A stretch of 64,000 bases of DNA from Cyanophyceae cyanobacterium (GTDB taxonomy: Bacteria > Cyanobacteriota > Cyanobacteriia > Cyanobacteriales > JBHJGN01), in assembly GCA_050331735.1 (NCBI GenBank), contig JBHJGN010000063.1, forward strand, positions 4,174 through 68,173. Reading direction: 5' to 3'. A model generated the notes under the pieces. That model was not told where the DNA came from. It saw only the letters and a list, made by a program, of their open reading frames with translations, and ran no database searches. Shown piece after piece: positions 27,935 to 37,306 of the stretch. Position numbers and translations under genes: made by a program. Within the stretch, counting starts at the first letter, position 1, and every line of letters begins with the position of its first letter.

Positions 27935-28993
27935 ATGAGCAATATTTTTAGGGAATACCTGAAAACAGTAGGCAGTGGGACGCATACGGGTAAAGATTTA
28001 AGTCGCTCGGAAGCCAAAGCCGCCACCCAAATGATGCTTTGTCAAGAAGCCACCCCGGCGCAAATTGGAGCCTTTATGGTGGCCCACCGCATCAAGCGGC
28101 CTACCCCAGAAGAATTGGCGGGCATGCTCGATGCCTACGACGAACTCGGACCGCAGCTCAGCTACCAAGGGGAAACCGTTACTGTTTTTGGCAATCCCTA
28201 CGATGGGCGATCGCGCACTGTTCCCGTCACTCCGATTACCGTCCTCATTTTGGCAGCAGCCGGAGTGTCAGTAGTAATGCATGGTGGAGACTGTATGCCG
28301 ACTAAATACGGGATTCCTCTGGTTGATATTTGGCAAGGGCTAGGCGTTAATTTTGCTCAATCCCTCAGCCACACTGAGCGCCTGTTGGCCACCACTAATG
28401 TTGGCTTTGTCTACCTACCGCAGCAGTTTCCCCTCGCTCACGGGCTGGTTCCTTACCGCGACCAAATTGGCAAGCGACCCCCTTTTGCTACTTTAGAATT
28501 AGTCTGGTCCCCCTGTGCGGAGGCTCACATCGTTTCCGGTTTTGTGCATCCGCCCACAGAAGAGCGGCTCAGAGATACCTTAGCCTTACGAAAGGCCCAC
28601 AATTTTACAATGGTAAAAGGATTAGAAGGAAGCTGCGACCTAGCTCGTAACCGCACGGGAATTATTGGCATCCAGCGACCCAGCGCTCCCTACGAACGCC
28701 TGCACCTTAATCCTCAAGAGTATGGCTTTTATGGCTCTGACGTTTCCCTAGAGTCGCCAGCTCAGGTAATTGAGCAACTAACAGCGGTCTTGCAGGGCCA
28801 ATCCTGCGACCTAATGCCCGCTGCGATCCTGAACGGTGGGTTTTACCTGTGGCGCTGTGGCGTGTGTTCCGAGCTTTCGACTGGTTTTGCCCAGGCAGAA
28901 GCCATGTTAACAACCGGAAAAGTTTCCCAAAAATTGCAGGAACTCTCAGCAGCAAGTCAGGCATTATCGACTCTTAAAGAAGTTCAAGTTTAG
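27935..28993 (+). CDS. Anthranilate phosphoribosyltransferase-family (glycosyl transferase family 3) paralogue with non-canonical motifs
   Basis: The N-terminal helical domain and alpha/beta body are TrpD-like, but the positions of the canonical GTGGD and KHGN motifs read GNPYDGRS and MHGGDC. Confidence 0.6.
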   Translation: MSNIFREYLKTVGSGTHTGKDLSRSEAKAATQMMLCQEATPAQIGAFMVAHRIKRPTPEELAGMLDAYDELGPQLSYQGETVTVFGNPYDGRSRTVPVTPITVLILAAAGVSVVMHGGDCMPTKYGIPLVDIWQGLGVNFAQSLSHTERLLATTNVGFVYLPQQFPLAHGLVPYRDQIGKRPPFATLELVWSPCAEAHIVSGFVHPPTEERLRDTLALRKAHNFTMVKGLEGSCDLARNRTGIIGIQRPSAPYERLHLNPQEYGFYGSDVSLESPAQVIEQLTAVLQGQSCDLMPAAILNGGFYLWRCGVCSELSTGFAQAEAMLTTGKVSQKLQELSAASQALSTLKEVQV

Positions 28994-29011
28994 TTTCTGC
29001 GCTATTGTTGG

Positions 29012-29833
29012 TTAACGCTGCCAGTGCTTTAAAGGCGGCGTTTTTCCTAAAGCCTCGCTGAGGCTGGAGTGTAAACTGCCATTGGTTGCTAAAATGCGTC
29101 CAGAATCCATATCAAAAGGACTGCCATCGTAGGCCGTTACTTGGCCTCCGGCTTCTTCTACCAGCACAATTCCCGCCGTCACATCCCACGGACAGATGCC
29201 TCGCTCCCAGTAGCCATCGAGTCGTCCGCAGGCAACGTCTGTGAGATCTAGCGCCGCAGAACCGCTGCGTCGGACTCCTTGAGTGAGGTGAGTCAGATAG
29301 CAAAACTCCGCATAGTTATTATCCGTCGTTTCTCGGCGATCGTAGGCAAAGCCTGTTACCAACAAGCTTTTACTCAAGTCGTCGGTCTGAGAAACCTGAA
29401 TGGGGCGGCGATTGCAGGTAGCTCCTAACCCCCTGGCCGCGCGAAATAATTCTTCCCGAAACGGATTGTAGATGGCTCCGACTTGGGGAACCCCGCCAAC
29501 GAGTAATCCAACAGAGATGCAGGCAATGGGATAGCCATGAGCGTAATTCGTCGTGCCATCCACCGGGTCGATCGCCCAAAGATAGTCATCGTTCGTGCCG
29601 ATTTGCCCCGACTCTTCGGCTAAGATCTGGTGCTCGGGGACGTGTCGCCGCAGCACCTCCAGAATTTTTGCTTCTGAGCGCTGGTCTGCCTCAGTCACCA
29701 AATCACCTGGACGACCCTTTTCTTCAACTTTATCAAGTTGCCCCCAGCAGTCTAGCAGAATAGCTCCCGCCGCCATGACGGCTTCAGTCGCGACATCTAG
29801 AAAAATTTGCAGTTGTTCAGGATTTTGAGCCAT
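29012..29833 (-). CDS. Inositol monophosphatase family protein (SuhB-like)
   Basis: Contains the motifs WAIDPVDGTTNY and WDVAAG-like WDVTAG. Confidence 0.85.
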   Translation of the reverse strand: MAQNPEQLQIFLDVATEAVMAAGAILLDCWGQLDKVEEKGRPGDLVTEADQRSEAKILEVLRRHVPEHQILAEESGQIGTNDDYLWAIDPVDGTTNYAHGYPIACISVGLLVGGVPQVGAIYNPFREELFRAARGLGATCNRRPIQVSQTDDLSKSLLVTGFAYDRRETTDNNYAEFCYLTHLTQGVRRSGSAALDLTDVACGRLDGYWERGICPWDVTAGIVLVEEAGGQVTAYDGSPFDMDSGRILATNGSLHSSLSEALGKTPPLKHWQR

Positions 29834-30377
29834 TGTTCTGTGAACGAAATTCCTGCGGAGTAAGACGCAACGGGTTTTCCGGATTCCAAATTCCGTATCC
29901 CATGATGCGAGCGGTTTCTTGGGCGCGAATCAGACGCTGGCTGTTCGGGCTGTCTGAGCGGACATCAGCAAGAGCATATCCCTGCGCGACTAATTCTTCA
30001 TTAATTAAAGTGTTGTCTCGCCAAACATAAGCTAAACGGCGGCCAAAACGGTCTTCTGCCCCCTCCCACTGCAACACCACCGATTGTAATACTAATTGAG
30101 TTCCCTGTTGGTCTCCCAGTAATGCCGCTAACAATTCTTTCGCTGCCACTCCCCAAGGTTGCTGCTGTAAATCGGGTGCAGCAATATCAAGCAGGCGCAC
30201 TCGTTCAATTGTTGCTGGCGCTTGAGAGGGAATCAACACTTCTATGGTTTGTCCACTGACTACCCGCTGGACTTCGGCGACTGTTCCCTCGGGCGATTGA
30301 GGCTGACAGGCTACTAATCCCAGTAGGCACGAAAATAATAAAGCAACACCCGCTTCTTTGAGCTTCTCAGTCTTCAT
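29817..30377 (-). CDS. Thermonuclease (SNase)-like lipoprotein
   Basis: Lipobox LGLVAC, followed by an SNase/OB-fold pattern (RVRLLDIAAPD, GRRLAYV, NEELV..G.A). Confidence 0.65.
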   Translation of the reverse strand: MKTEKLKEAGVALLFSCLLGLVACQPQSPEGTVAEVQRVVSGQTIEVLIPSQAPATIERVRLLDIAAPDLQQQPWGVAAKELLAALLGDQQGTQLVLQSVVLQWEGAEDRFGRRLAYVWRDNTLINEELVAQGYALADVRSDSPNSQRLIRAQETARIMGYGIWNPENPLRLTPQEFRSQNNGSKS

Positions 30378-30735
30378 CTAATGGCAGACCAAAACGAACC
30401 TTTCCTCTCCCAAAGTAACGACCAAACTGAAGTTCGTAAACTTCATCTTCGTCCTGGGTTTCTACCACTAAATCGGAGCGGGGATAGCTAACGCATAGGA
30501 GCGCATAGCCTTTTTGCTTGAGCTGGGGCGACAGCCCCATTGCTTCTGGCTGATAGATGTCTCCTTCAAGGACTCTAACCGCACAGGTGGTACAGGCTCC
30601 GTTGCGACATAAAAAAGGCAATTCGCGTCCTTGTTGTTCTACATTTTGCAAAATGTATTGATCTTCTGGTACTTGCAATATGTATTCAGTTCCTTGTTGA
30701 CGGTGAAGAATTTTGATGGTGTAATAACGGGTCAT
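30367..30735 (-). CDS. Plant-type [2Fe-2S] ferredoxin with a C-terminal extension (FdC2/Fed2-like)
   Basis: CRNGACTTCA...C is the plant-type cluster motif. The internal ATG gives 122 aa, and the upstream part of the track ORF looks non-coding. Confidence 0.8.
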   Translation of the reverse strand: MTRYYTIKILHRQQGTEYILQVPEDQYILQNVEQQGRELPFLCRNGACTTCAVRVLEGDIYQPEAMGLSPQLKQKGYALLCVSYPRSDLVVETQDEDEVYELQFGRYFGRGKVRFGLPLDED

Positions 30736-30953
30736 CTTAATTGGATTGTCAGCACATAATCGAGCCGATACTGGCTCTCTTAATGCAGTGTAGCTTGTAG
30801 AAAATTCAGAAATCGAAAGTTTGCCAGGAAACCTAAAGGCAGAAAACTCAAATATGCCCGGTGGGACCATCTAAACTTTGAGCAAGCTCGATCTGCTATC
30901 AGGCTCCTCTAATCCCGCAGAATGCTGTTATGATAGTTAACTGCGACACCTGT

Positions 30954-31040
30954 GGAGAGGTGGCCGAGTGGTCGAAGGCGCAGCACTGGAAATGCTGTAA
31001 CGGGGTGACTCGTTCGAGGGTTCGAATCCCTCCCTCTCCG
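30954..31040 (+). tRNA. tRNA-Ser (anticodon GGA)
   Basis: Acceptor stem GGAGAGG/CCTCTCC, anticodon stem CAGCA/TGCTG with loop CTGGAAA, long variable arm, T-arm GAGGG-TTCGAAT-CCCTC and discriminator G. CCA is not encoded. Confidence 0.95.
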
Positions 31041-31331
31041 TTTTTTAGCTTTGTTTGAAGCTTTGACCTTGCTTCAATCAGCTCGTCGAGAAAGTGCTCT
31101 TCGCCTGTCGCCTCCTTGGTGCTATGGCGCTCTCTGTCAGGAAAAATGACTGAAGAACTGCGGTGAGCCGTCCTGCGGCATGAAAAGTGTCTTCGTTTTG
31201 GATTTTAAGTCCCCGCACTCATCGGGGGAAACCGATCGTGCCGAGCATCTTTCCACAAAATCTGTTATTTTTGCTGCTTTTCAGGGAACGTTATCTATAA
31301 GAGAATTCTTAGGTGCTTTACTCATTTTATT

Positions 31332-32441
31332 ATGGTAACTGTTCGCTCTCCTCAGCTTTGTTCTCGGTGCCAGTCTCTGCCTCAAAAAATTGAGGGAGCG
31401 GGCAATCTTTACCTGTGGTTTCCTTTACCTCATAGCTTCGCTAAGACAGCTCGTTCTCTCCAGCAGTCGTCGCTGAGCTACCAAATTAAAGATGAGGAGT
31501 GTTTGGTCGTCAGTCTTCAGGACAAGCAGATGGAGCATCTGGTGAGTACGCTAGCCAAAGATCTGACTCACAGCGAACGGCAGCAGATCAAAGCTTTATT
31601 TACCGCTCACCCTAGTCCACAACTGCAAGACTTTCCCAGAACGGCAAGCTTGGCTAGCTTCATTAGCCAAAGCCAGTCTGGTTGGCTGCTAGATATGCTG
31701 GCGGCAGAGCGAGTGACAAGCCAGTTTCAGCCGATTGCCTATACCGCCGATCTGTCTCAAATTTTCGGTCAAGAAGCGTTGCTAAGAGGAATCAGTCAAG
31801 ATGGTAGCCTAATTTCCCCAAGTTGCTTTCTACCGCTAGCTGCCGAAGCCAATATTCTGACTCAAATTGATTTGCTAGCCCGCTATAGTGCTATTCGGCA
31901 GGCAAAGCAACATCAGATTCAGGAGCGCATTTTTATTAATTTCATGCCGACTGCTATCTACGATCCGGCTTTTTGCTTGCGCTCAACGATTGAAGCGATT
32001 GATGACGCAGGAATTGCCCACGAGCAGGTCGTTTTTGAAGTAGTTGAATCAGCATACATCGAAGACTTTGACCATCTCAAAAAGATTTTAGATGTTTACC
32101 GAGAAGCCGGATTTTCGGTTGCCCTAGATGACTTTGGCGCTGGCTTTTCTAACCTTAACTTGCTTCATCAGTTGCGTCCTGAGCTAATTAAACTAGACAT
32201 GAATTTGATTCGTAATGTTCATCGCGATCCCTACAAAGCCCTCGTAACAGAAAAAATCTTAGAAATTGCTACTCATCTCAATATCTCAACTGTTGCCGAA
32301 GGCATTGAATCTCCAGAGGAACTCACCTGGGTAAGAGCACGCGGCGCTACTTTTGTTCAGGGCTTTTTGATTGCTAAACCCAGTACTCTCCCTGTGAAAA
32401 AGCTACCTCCAACCGCTGCTGAAAGTTTGAAAGCTAGCTGA
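31332..32441 (+). CDS. EAL-domain protein (putative c-di-GMP phosphodiesterase) with an uncharacterised N-terminal domain
   Basis: Contains QEALLRG (the EAL motif), INF, FEVVES, DDFGAG, KLD, EGIE and QGF. Confidence 0.85.
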   Translation: MVTVRSPQLCSRCQSLPQKIEGAGNLYLWFPLPHSFAKTARSLQQSSLSYQIKDEECLVVSLQDKQMEHLVSTLAKDLTHSERQQIKALFTAHPSPQLQDFPRTASLASFISQSQSGWLLDMLAAERVTSQFQPIAYTADLSQIFGQEALLRGISQDGSLISPSCFLPLAAEANILTQIDLLARYSAIRQAKQHQIQERIFINFMPTAIYDPAFCLRSTIEAIDDAGIAHEQVVFEVVESAYIEDFDHLKKILDVYREAGFSVALDDFGAGFSNLNLLHQLRPELIKLDMNLIRNVHRDPYKALVTEKILEIATHLNISTVAEGIESPEELTWVRARGATFVQGFLIAKPSTLPVKKLPPTAAESLKAS

Positions 32442-32447
32442 CCCTCA

Positions 32448-32786
32448 TTAGAAGTAGCGCACCAAATCAACAAAACCACAGACGCTTAAAACCAGCAGCA
32501 GAATGGCAGTGACTTTGGTGAGGGGGGCTTGTGAAGAAGGAAACCGGGTTTCTCGCAGCAAAACCGAAGCCGATGAGCCAATCACATAGCTCAAGCTCAA
32601 AACTAAGTAGGGCCACTGCTCCGTTTTTCCCCACACACCGAGTAACACGATCGCCAGAGACAACATCACTACCTCAAGGCAGCGAGGAGGATTGGCTTGG
32701 CTTGCAGAAACAACGTTCCAAATAATCTGCTGGGGACTCATAGAGCAATCAACGATAGTGAGCGACGTTCTCTCATTATCGGTCAT
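32448..32786 (-). CDS. Hypothetical three-TM membrane protein
   Basis: 112-aa ORF with three hydrophobic helices and no recognisable family. Confidence 0.4.
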   Translation of the reverse strand: MTDNERTSLTIVDCSMSPQQIIWNVVSASQANPPRCLEVVMLSLAIVLLGVWGKTEQWPYLVLSLSYVIGSSASVLLRETRFPSSQAPLTKVTAILLLVLSVCGFVDLVRYF

Positions 32787-32865
32787 CAGCGGCAGGGAAT
32801 GGGAGGAAGCCTTGGTTGTGCGCGATCTTAATTACAATAGATGTACACAAGTAGAGCTATGCCAA

Positions 32866-33979
32866 ATGATGGAAACCTCAGAGCTAAAAAGGGAAATCGA
32901 ATCGGTTGAGTCGCGCCTGGGTAAAACTCAGGACTATCTTTGACCCGCCTGCTCTCAGTGCCAGAATTAAGGATTTAGAGCAGCGAGCGGCTCAACCGAA
33001 TTTTTGGGAGAACGCCAACGCTGCCCAAAAAACGCTTCAGGAACTCAATGAGCTGAAATCTAATCTGGAGCAGTATCATCAGTGGCAAACAACCCTAGCA
33101 GACACCGAAGCGATCGCCGAATTACTGGAGTTAGAAACCGATACGCTGCTGCTCGAGGAAGCGCAGACAAACCTGACTAGCCTGCATCAAGAGCTAGATC
33201 GCTGGGAGCTTCAGCAGCTTCTTTCTGGTCCCTACGATGCCAAAGGAGCTGTTTTGACTATCAACGCTGGAGCTGGCGGCACGGATGCTCAAGACTGGGC
33301 GGAGATGCTGGTGCGGATGTACACTCGCTGGGCAGAAAAGCAGGGATACAAAGCCCATGTCGCCGAACTCTCCGAAGGAGATGAAGCGGGACTCAAATCG
33401 GCCACGTTAGAAATTGACGGACGCTATGCCTTTGGCTATCTCAAGGCCGAAAAAGGCACTCACCGCCTCGTGCGCATCTCTCCGTTTAACGCCAACGGGA
33501 AGCGGCAGACGAGCTTTGCTGGCGTTGAGGTGATGCCCGCCTTGGGCGATGATGCAATTAACTTAGAGATTCCCGACACGGATTTAGAAATTACCACCTC
33601 CCGCGCTGGCGGTAAGGGAGGGCAAAACGTCAACAAAGTTGAGACGGCTGTGCGGATTGTTCATCTTCCTACAGGGCTGGCAGTTCGCTGTACTCAAGAG
33701 CGCTCTCAGCTTCAGAACAAAGAAAAAGCTCTGGCCATTTTAAAGGCTAAATTACTCGTCATTGCTGAAGAACAGCGGGCGCAGGAAATTGCCGAAATTC
33801 GCGGCGACATCGTTGAAGCAGCCTGGGGCAACCAGATTCGCAATTACGTCTTTCATCCCTACCAAATGGTCAAGGATCTGCGCACGAATGTTGAAACCAG
33901 TGCCGTTGACGATGTGCTCGATGGCGCTCTTGACTTTTTTATCGAAGCCTATCTGCGGCAGGAAACTCAGTTGGTTTAA
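32866..33979 (+). CDS. prfB: Peptide chain release factor 2, expressed through a programmed +1 frameshift
   Basis: Frame 0 reads (M)[24 protein letters not shown] then TGA. After the shift the frame reads [13 protein letters not shown]... and carries the SPF and GGQ motifs. Confidence 0.95.
32938..32944 (+). promoter_or_regulatory. prfB +1 frameshift site CTT TGA C
   Basis: This is the canonical RF2 autoregulatory slippery site (CUU UGA C). An AGGA sequence lies a few nt upstream. Confidence 0.9.
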
Positions 33980-34135
33980 GGCTTGTGGAGACGACAGTGA
34001 GAAGAAAGCTGCTGTGTTGATTGTTGATAGTGAATTGCCATAAGCCATCCAGGATGAGTGCTCATCGGGCGCGATTCGGGTCACTGCTACTCTTGCCTCT
34101 AGGGAAAGTGAATCTCGCCCGTCGTTTTTGGTACA

Positions 34136-35710
34136 GTGAGCAATAACCGTAAGCCGTCCGTCTCTATCATCATGACTAATCTGGAGCACGTTGTTGTTAG
34201 CGCTGAACAAATGCGCTCGCTCGAGGAACGAGTGTTTGAGGCAGGCATGCCCGTGGCGGCATTGATGGAAAAAGCCGCCGCGCTCTGTGCTAGACGCATT
34301 CAGGAGCTGTACCCATCTCGGCTACGGGTAGGTGTGCTGGTGGGTCCGGGGAATAATGGGGGCGACGCCCTGGTGGTGGCCCGCGAACTGCATCTCCAGG
34401 GGTATCCGGTGACGCTGTTTCGTCCCCTTGCTAAGCTCAAAGAGCTGCCAGCTCATCACTTTCAGTATGCTCAGAGCCTAGGCATTCCTGGAAACGACAA
34501 GATTGACGGACTGCAAAACTGCGCACTCATTGTCGATGGCTTGTTTGGGGTTGGTCTGACGCGATCGCTATCTGGCAACATCGCCGAGGCAGTCAACCAG
34601 CTTAACGACTGGGCGCTTCCTGTTATCAGTATCGATCTCCCGTCCGGGATTCATACCGACACGGGAGAAGCGTTAGGAACGGCTGTGAGGGCGACGCGGA
34701 CGCTGTGTTTAGGACTGTGGAAGCTCGCTTTTTTCCAGGATCGGGCGCTGGAGTATATCGGCACTGCCGAACGCTTAGACTGGGGCGTGCCCCCAATGGA
34801 TGTTTGGTCGATTATTTCCGATCCGCCTCCCGTCCAAACCATGAATCGGGCAGTGGTGCAGCAGATTCTCCCGCTGCCTCGTCCTCGGGTGACTCACAAG
34901 TACCAACAGGGCCACCTGCTGCTGATCTGTGGCTCCCGTCGCTACTCTGGAGGAGCTACATTGACCGCCCTAGGGGCCAGGGCTAGTGGCGTGGGTATGC
35001 TGTCTGTGGCTGTTCCCGAAACCCTAAAGCCCATCCTGGTCAGTCAGCTTCCAGAGGCTCTGACGATCGGCTGTCCGGAAACTGAGTCGGGAGCAATCGC
35101 CGCCCTGCCAGAAGAAGCCTCGGACTTGAGCGACTTTACCGTAATCGCCTGTGGTCCGGGTCTGACTCTGGACGCCAAACCAATTATCGACCAGGTATTG
35201 ACCGCCGCCTGTCCCCTGATTTTAGACGCGGACGGGTTGAATATCTTGGCCCAGCTCGAGCCGGTGCCTACCCTCTCTCGCCGACAAGGAGCAACGGTGC
35301 TGACGCCCCATCCCGGAGAGTTTAAACGCCTGTTTCCCGACATTCCTCATCCCAATGGCGATCGCATCCAGGCGGTACAGACCGCCGCCCAGCAGAGTGG
35401 TGCGGTGGTACTCCTCAAGGGCTCGCGGACGGTGATTGCCCATCCAGGCGGCTCGGTCTGGCTCGTTCCGGCAAGTACCCCGGCCCTGGCGCGGGGGGGC
35501 AGTGGAGATGTTCTCACTGGCTTGATCGGAGGACTCCTGGCCTCCTCAACCCGCACGGAGCCGCCGCTCGAAGCTACCGTTGCCGCTGCTGCTTGGTGGC
35601 ATGCTCAGGCTGGAATTCTGGCAGCGCAAGAACGAACCGAACTCGGAGTTGATGCCTTTACGCTATCGCAGTCTCTCATGCCGACTTTGAAAGCAGCAAT
35701 TGACAACTGA
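34136..35710 (+). CDS. nnr: Bifunctional NAD(P)H-hydrate epimerase / ADP-dependent dehydratase
   Basis: N-terminal YjeF_N domain (GPGNNGGDALVVAREL) and a C-terminal carbohydrate-kinase-like domain (GSGDVLTG). An alternative start is the ATG at 34172. Confidence 0.9.
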   Translation: MSNNRKPSVSIIMTNLEHVVVSAEQMRSLEERVFEAGMPVAALMEKAAALCARRIQELYPSRLRVGVLVGPGNNGGDALVVARELHLQGYPVTLFRPLAKLKELPAHHFQYAQSLGIPGNDKIDGLQNCALIVDGLFGVGLTRSLSGNIAEAVNQLNDWALPVISIDLPSGIHTDTGEALGTAVRATRTLCLGLWKLAFFQDRALEYIGTAERLDWGVPPMDVWSIISDPPPVQTMNRAVVQQILPLPRPRVTHKYQQGHLLLICGSRRYSGGATLTALGARASGVGMLSVAVPETLKPILVSQLPEALTIGCPETESGAIAALPEEASDLSDFTVIACGPGLTLDAKPIIDQVLTAACPLILDADGLNILAQLEPVPTLSRRQGATVLTPHPGEFKRLFPDIPHPNGDRIQAVQTAAQQSGAVVLLKGSRTVIAHPGGSVWLVPASTPALARGGSGDVLTGLIGGLLASSTRTEPPLEATVAAAAWWHAQAGILAAQERTELGVDAFTLSQSLMPTLKAAIDN

Positions 35711-35890
35711 ATAGCTGTTAGCGCTTCGCTTTCGGCGAGCCTCCTATTTTTGACTATTTTGGTAGCGAAAACCCTCCAAAATTGAGGATGGCTGCTTTTA
35801 AAACACAAGAGCGAATGAGTTAGAATCAAGGTTCATAGAGCCTATTCTTCAAGAGCTTCATGGCTCACCATTCGCAGAGCAACTGACACA

Positions 35891-36574
35891 ATGACACAGA
35901 TTAAAGCGGTTCAAACTCAGTATTACGGAGATGCCTACTATCGCACTCCTCCTCCTGACCTCCCTTCACTTTTGCTCAAGGAACGGATTATTTACCTCGG
36001 ACTGCCCCTCGTTTCGTCTGATGACTTCAAGCGTCAGATGGGGGTAGATGTCACCAAGCTCATTATTGCTCAACTGCTGTATTTGCAGTTCGATAATCCA
36101 GAAAAGCCAATCTTTTTCTACATCAACTCGACTGGCACTTCCTGGTATACCGGAGATGCGATTGGTTACGAAACCGAAGCGTTTGCTATCTGTGACACCA
36201 TCGGCTACGTTAAGCCCCCTGTTCACACCATCTGCATCGGTCAGGCCATGGGAACCGCCGCCATGATTCTCTCGGCTGGCACCAAGGGGTTTCGCGCTAG
36301 TCTGCCCCATGCCACCATCGTTCTTAACCAACCTCGCACTGGAGCCAGAGGACAGGCTACCGACATTCAAATTCGTGCTCAAGAAGTGCTGTCTAACAAG
36401 CGGGCGACTCTAGAAATTTTCTCGAAAAATACCGGACAGCCTCTAGAGAAGCTCGAAAAAGACACCGACCGTACTCTGTATCTTACGCCTCAGGAGGCCA
36501 AAGAGTACGGCTTGATTGACCGGGTGCTAGAAAGTGCGAAGGAGCTACCAAAGCAGATTCCGGCGATGGCTTAA
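35891..36574 (+). CDS. clpR: ClpR, the non-catalytic ClpP-like subunit
   Basis: ClpP fold in which Ser is replaced by Gly (GQAMGTAA), His by Asn (IVLNQP) and Asp by Thr (DTDRTLYLT). It also carries the ClpR-type insertion STGTSWYTGDAIGYETEAFAICD. Confidence 0.9.
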   Translation: MTQIKAVQTQYYGDAYYRTPPPDLPSLLLKERIIYLGLPLVSSDDFKRQMGVDVTKLIIAQLLYLQFDNPEKPIFFYINSTGTSWYTGDAIGYETEAFAICDTIGYVKPPVHTICIGQAMGTAAMILSAGTKGFRASLPHATIVLNQPRTGARGQATDIQIRAQEVLSNKRATLEIFSKNTGQPLEKLEKDTDRTLYLTPQEAKEYGLIDRVLESAKELPKQIPAMA

Positions 36575-36615
36575 TTCCTACAGCCTGAGATTTTACCTAG
36601 ACGGATAACTGAACT

Positions 36616-37272
36616 ATGCCTGTTGATGAAACTCTCCGCGTTCCATATAACATTCCTGGCAGCCCTTACTGGCAGTGGATCAATATTTTTACTCGCCTCA
36701 GCCAGGAGCGGATTCTGTTTTTAAATCAGCCCGTGACCGATGGATTGGCTAATTCGATCATTTCGGCCCTGCTCTATCTCGATTCCCAGGATCAAACCAA
36801 GCCGGTCTACCTGTACATCAACTCTCTCGGCGACCCGGTAGAGGCGGGCATGGCCACCGAAGCAATTGGCATGATCTCCATTGCGGCGGGTCTGGCCATT
36901 TACGACACGATGCAGCACATTAAGTCTCCGATTTCCACCATCTGTTTGGGGCAGGCAGCCGGAATAGCAACCCTGCTGCTGTCTGCCGGGACCAAAGCAC
37001 AGCGGTCTAGTTTGCCTAATTCCAGCATTGTGCTCACTCATCCGCGCGTTGGTACTCAGGGTCAGGCTTCGGATATTCAAATCAATGCCGCCGAGGTCAT
37101 AGAGAAGCAAGCGCTCATCGTTGAGATTCTCGCCCAAAATACCGGCCAACCTAGCGAGAGAATTAAAGCAGATACCGATCGTACGCTCTACTTAACGCCC
37201 CAGCAGGCCTTAGAGTATGGTTTGATCGACCGGGTTCTCGACAGTCCGAGTGCCCTGACTCATGCGGCTTGA
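36616..37272 (+). CDS. Second ClpR-like, predicted inactive ClpP paralogue
   Basis: ClpP fold with GQAAGIATLLL (Ser to Gly), IVLTHP (His retained) and DTDRTLYLT (Asp to Thr). The insertion is longer: SLGDPVEAGMATEAIGMISIAAGLAIYD. Confidence 0.8.
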   Translation: MPVDETLRVPYNIPGSPYWQWINIFTRLSQERILFLNQPVTDGLANSIISALLYLDSQDQTKPVYLYINSLGDPVEAGMATEAIGMISIAAGLAIYDTMQHIKSPISTICLGQAAGIATLLLSAGTKAQRSSLPNSSIVLTHPRVGTQGQASDIQINAAEVIEKQALIVEILAQNTGQPSERIKADTDRTLYLTPQQALEYGLIDRVLDSPSALTHAA

Positions 37273-37306
37273 TCCCTTAAATTGTTAACCGTTATTTTTT
37301 AAAGCT

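Noticed and set aside
33752-34210. A 152-aa minus-strand ORF spanning the prfB 3' end and the prfB-nnr spacer
   Set aside because: It overlaps the well-supported prfB frame and has no motifs, so it is a shadow ORF.
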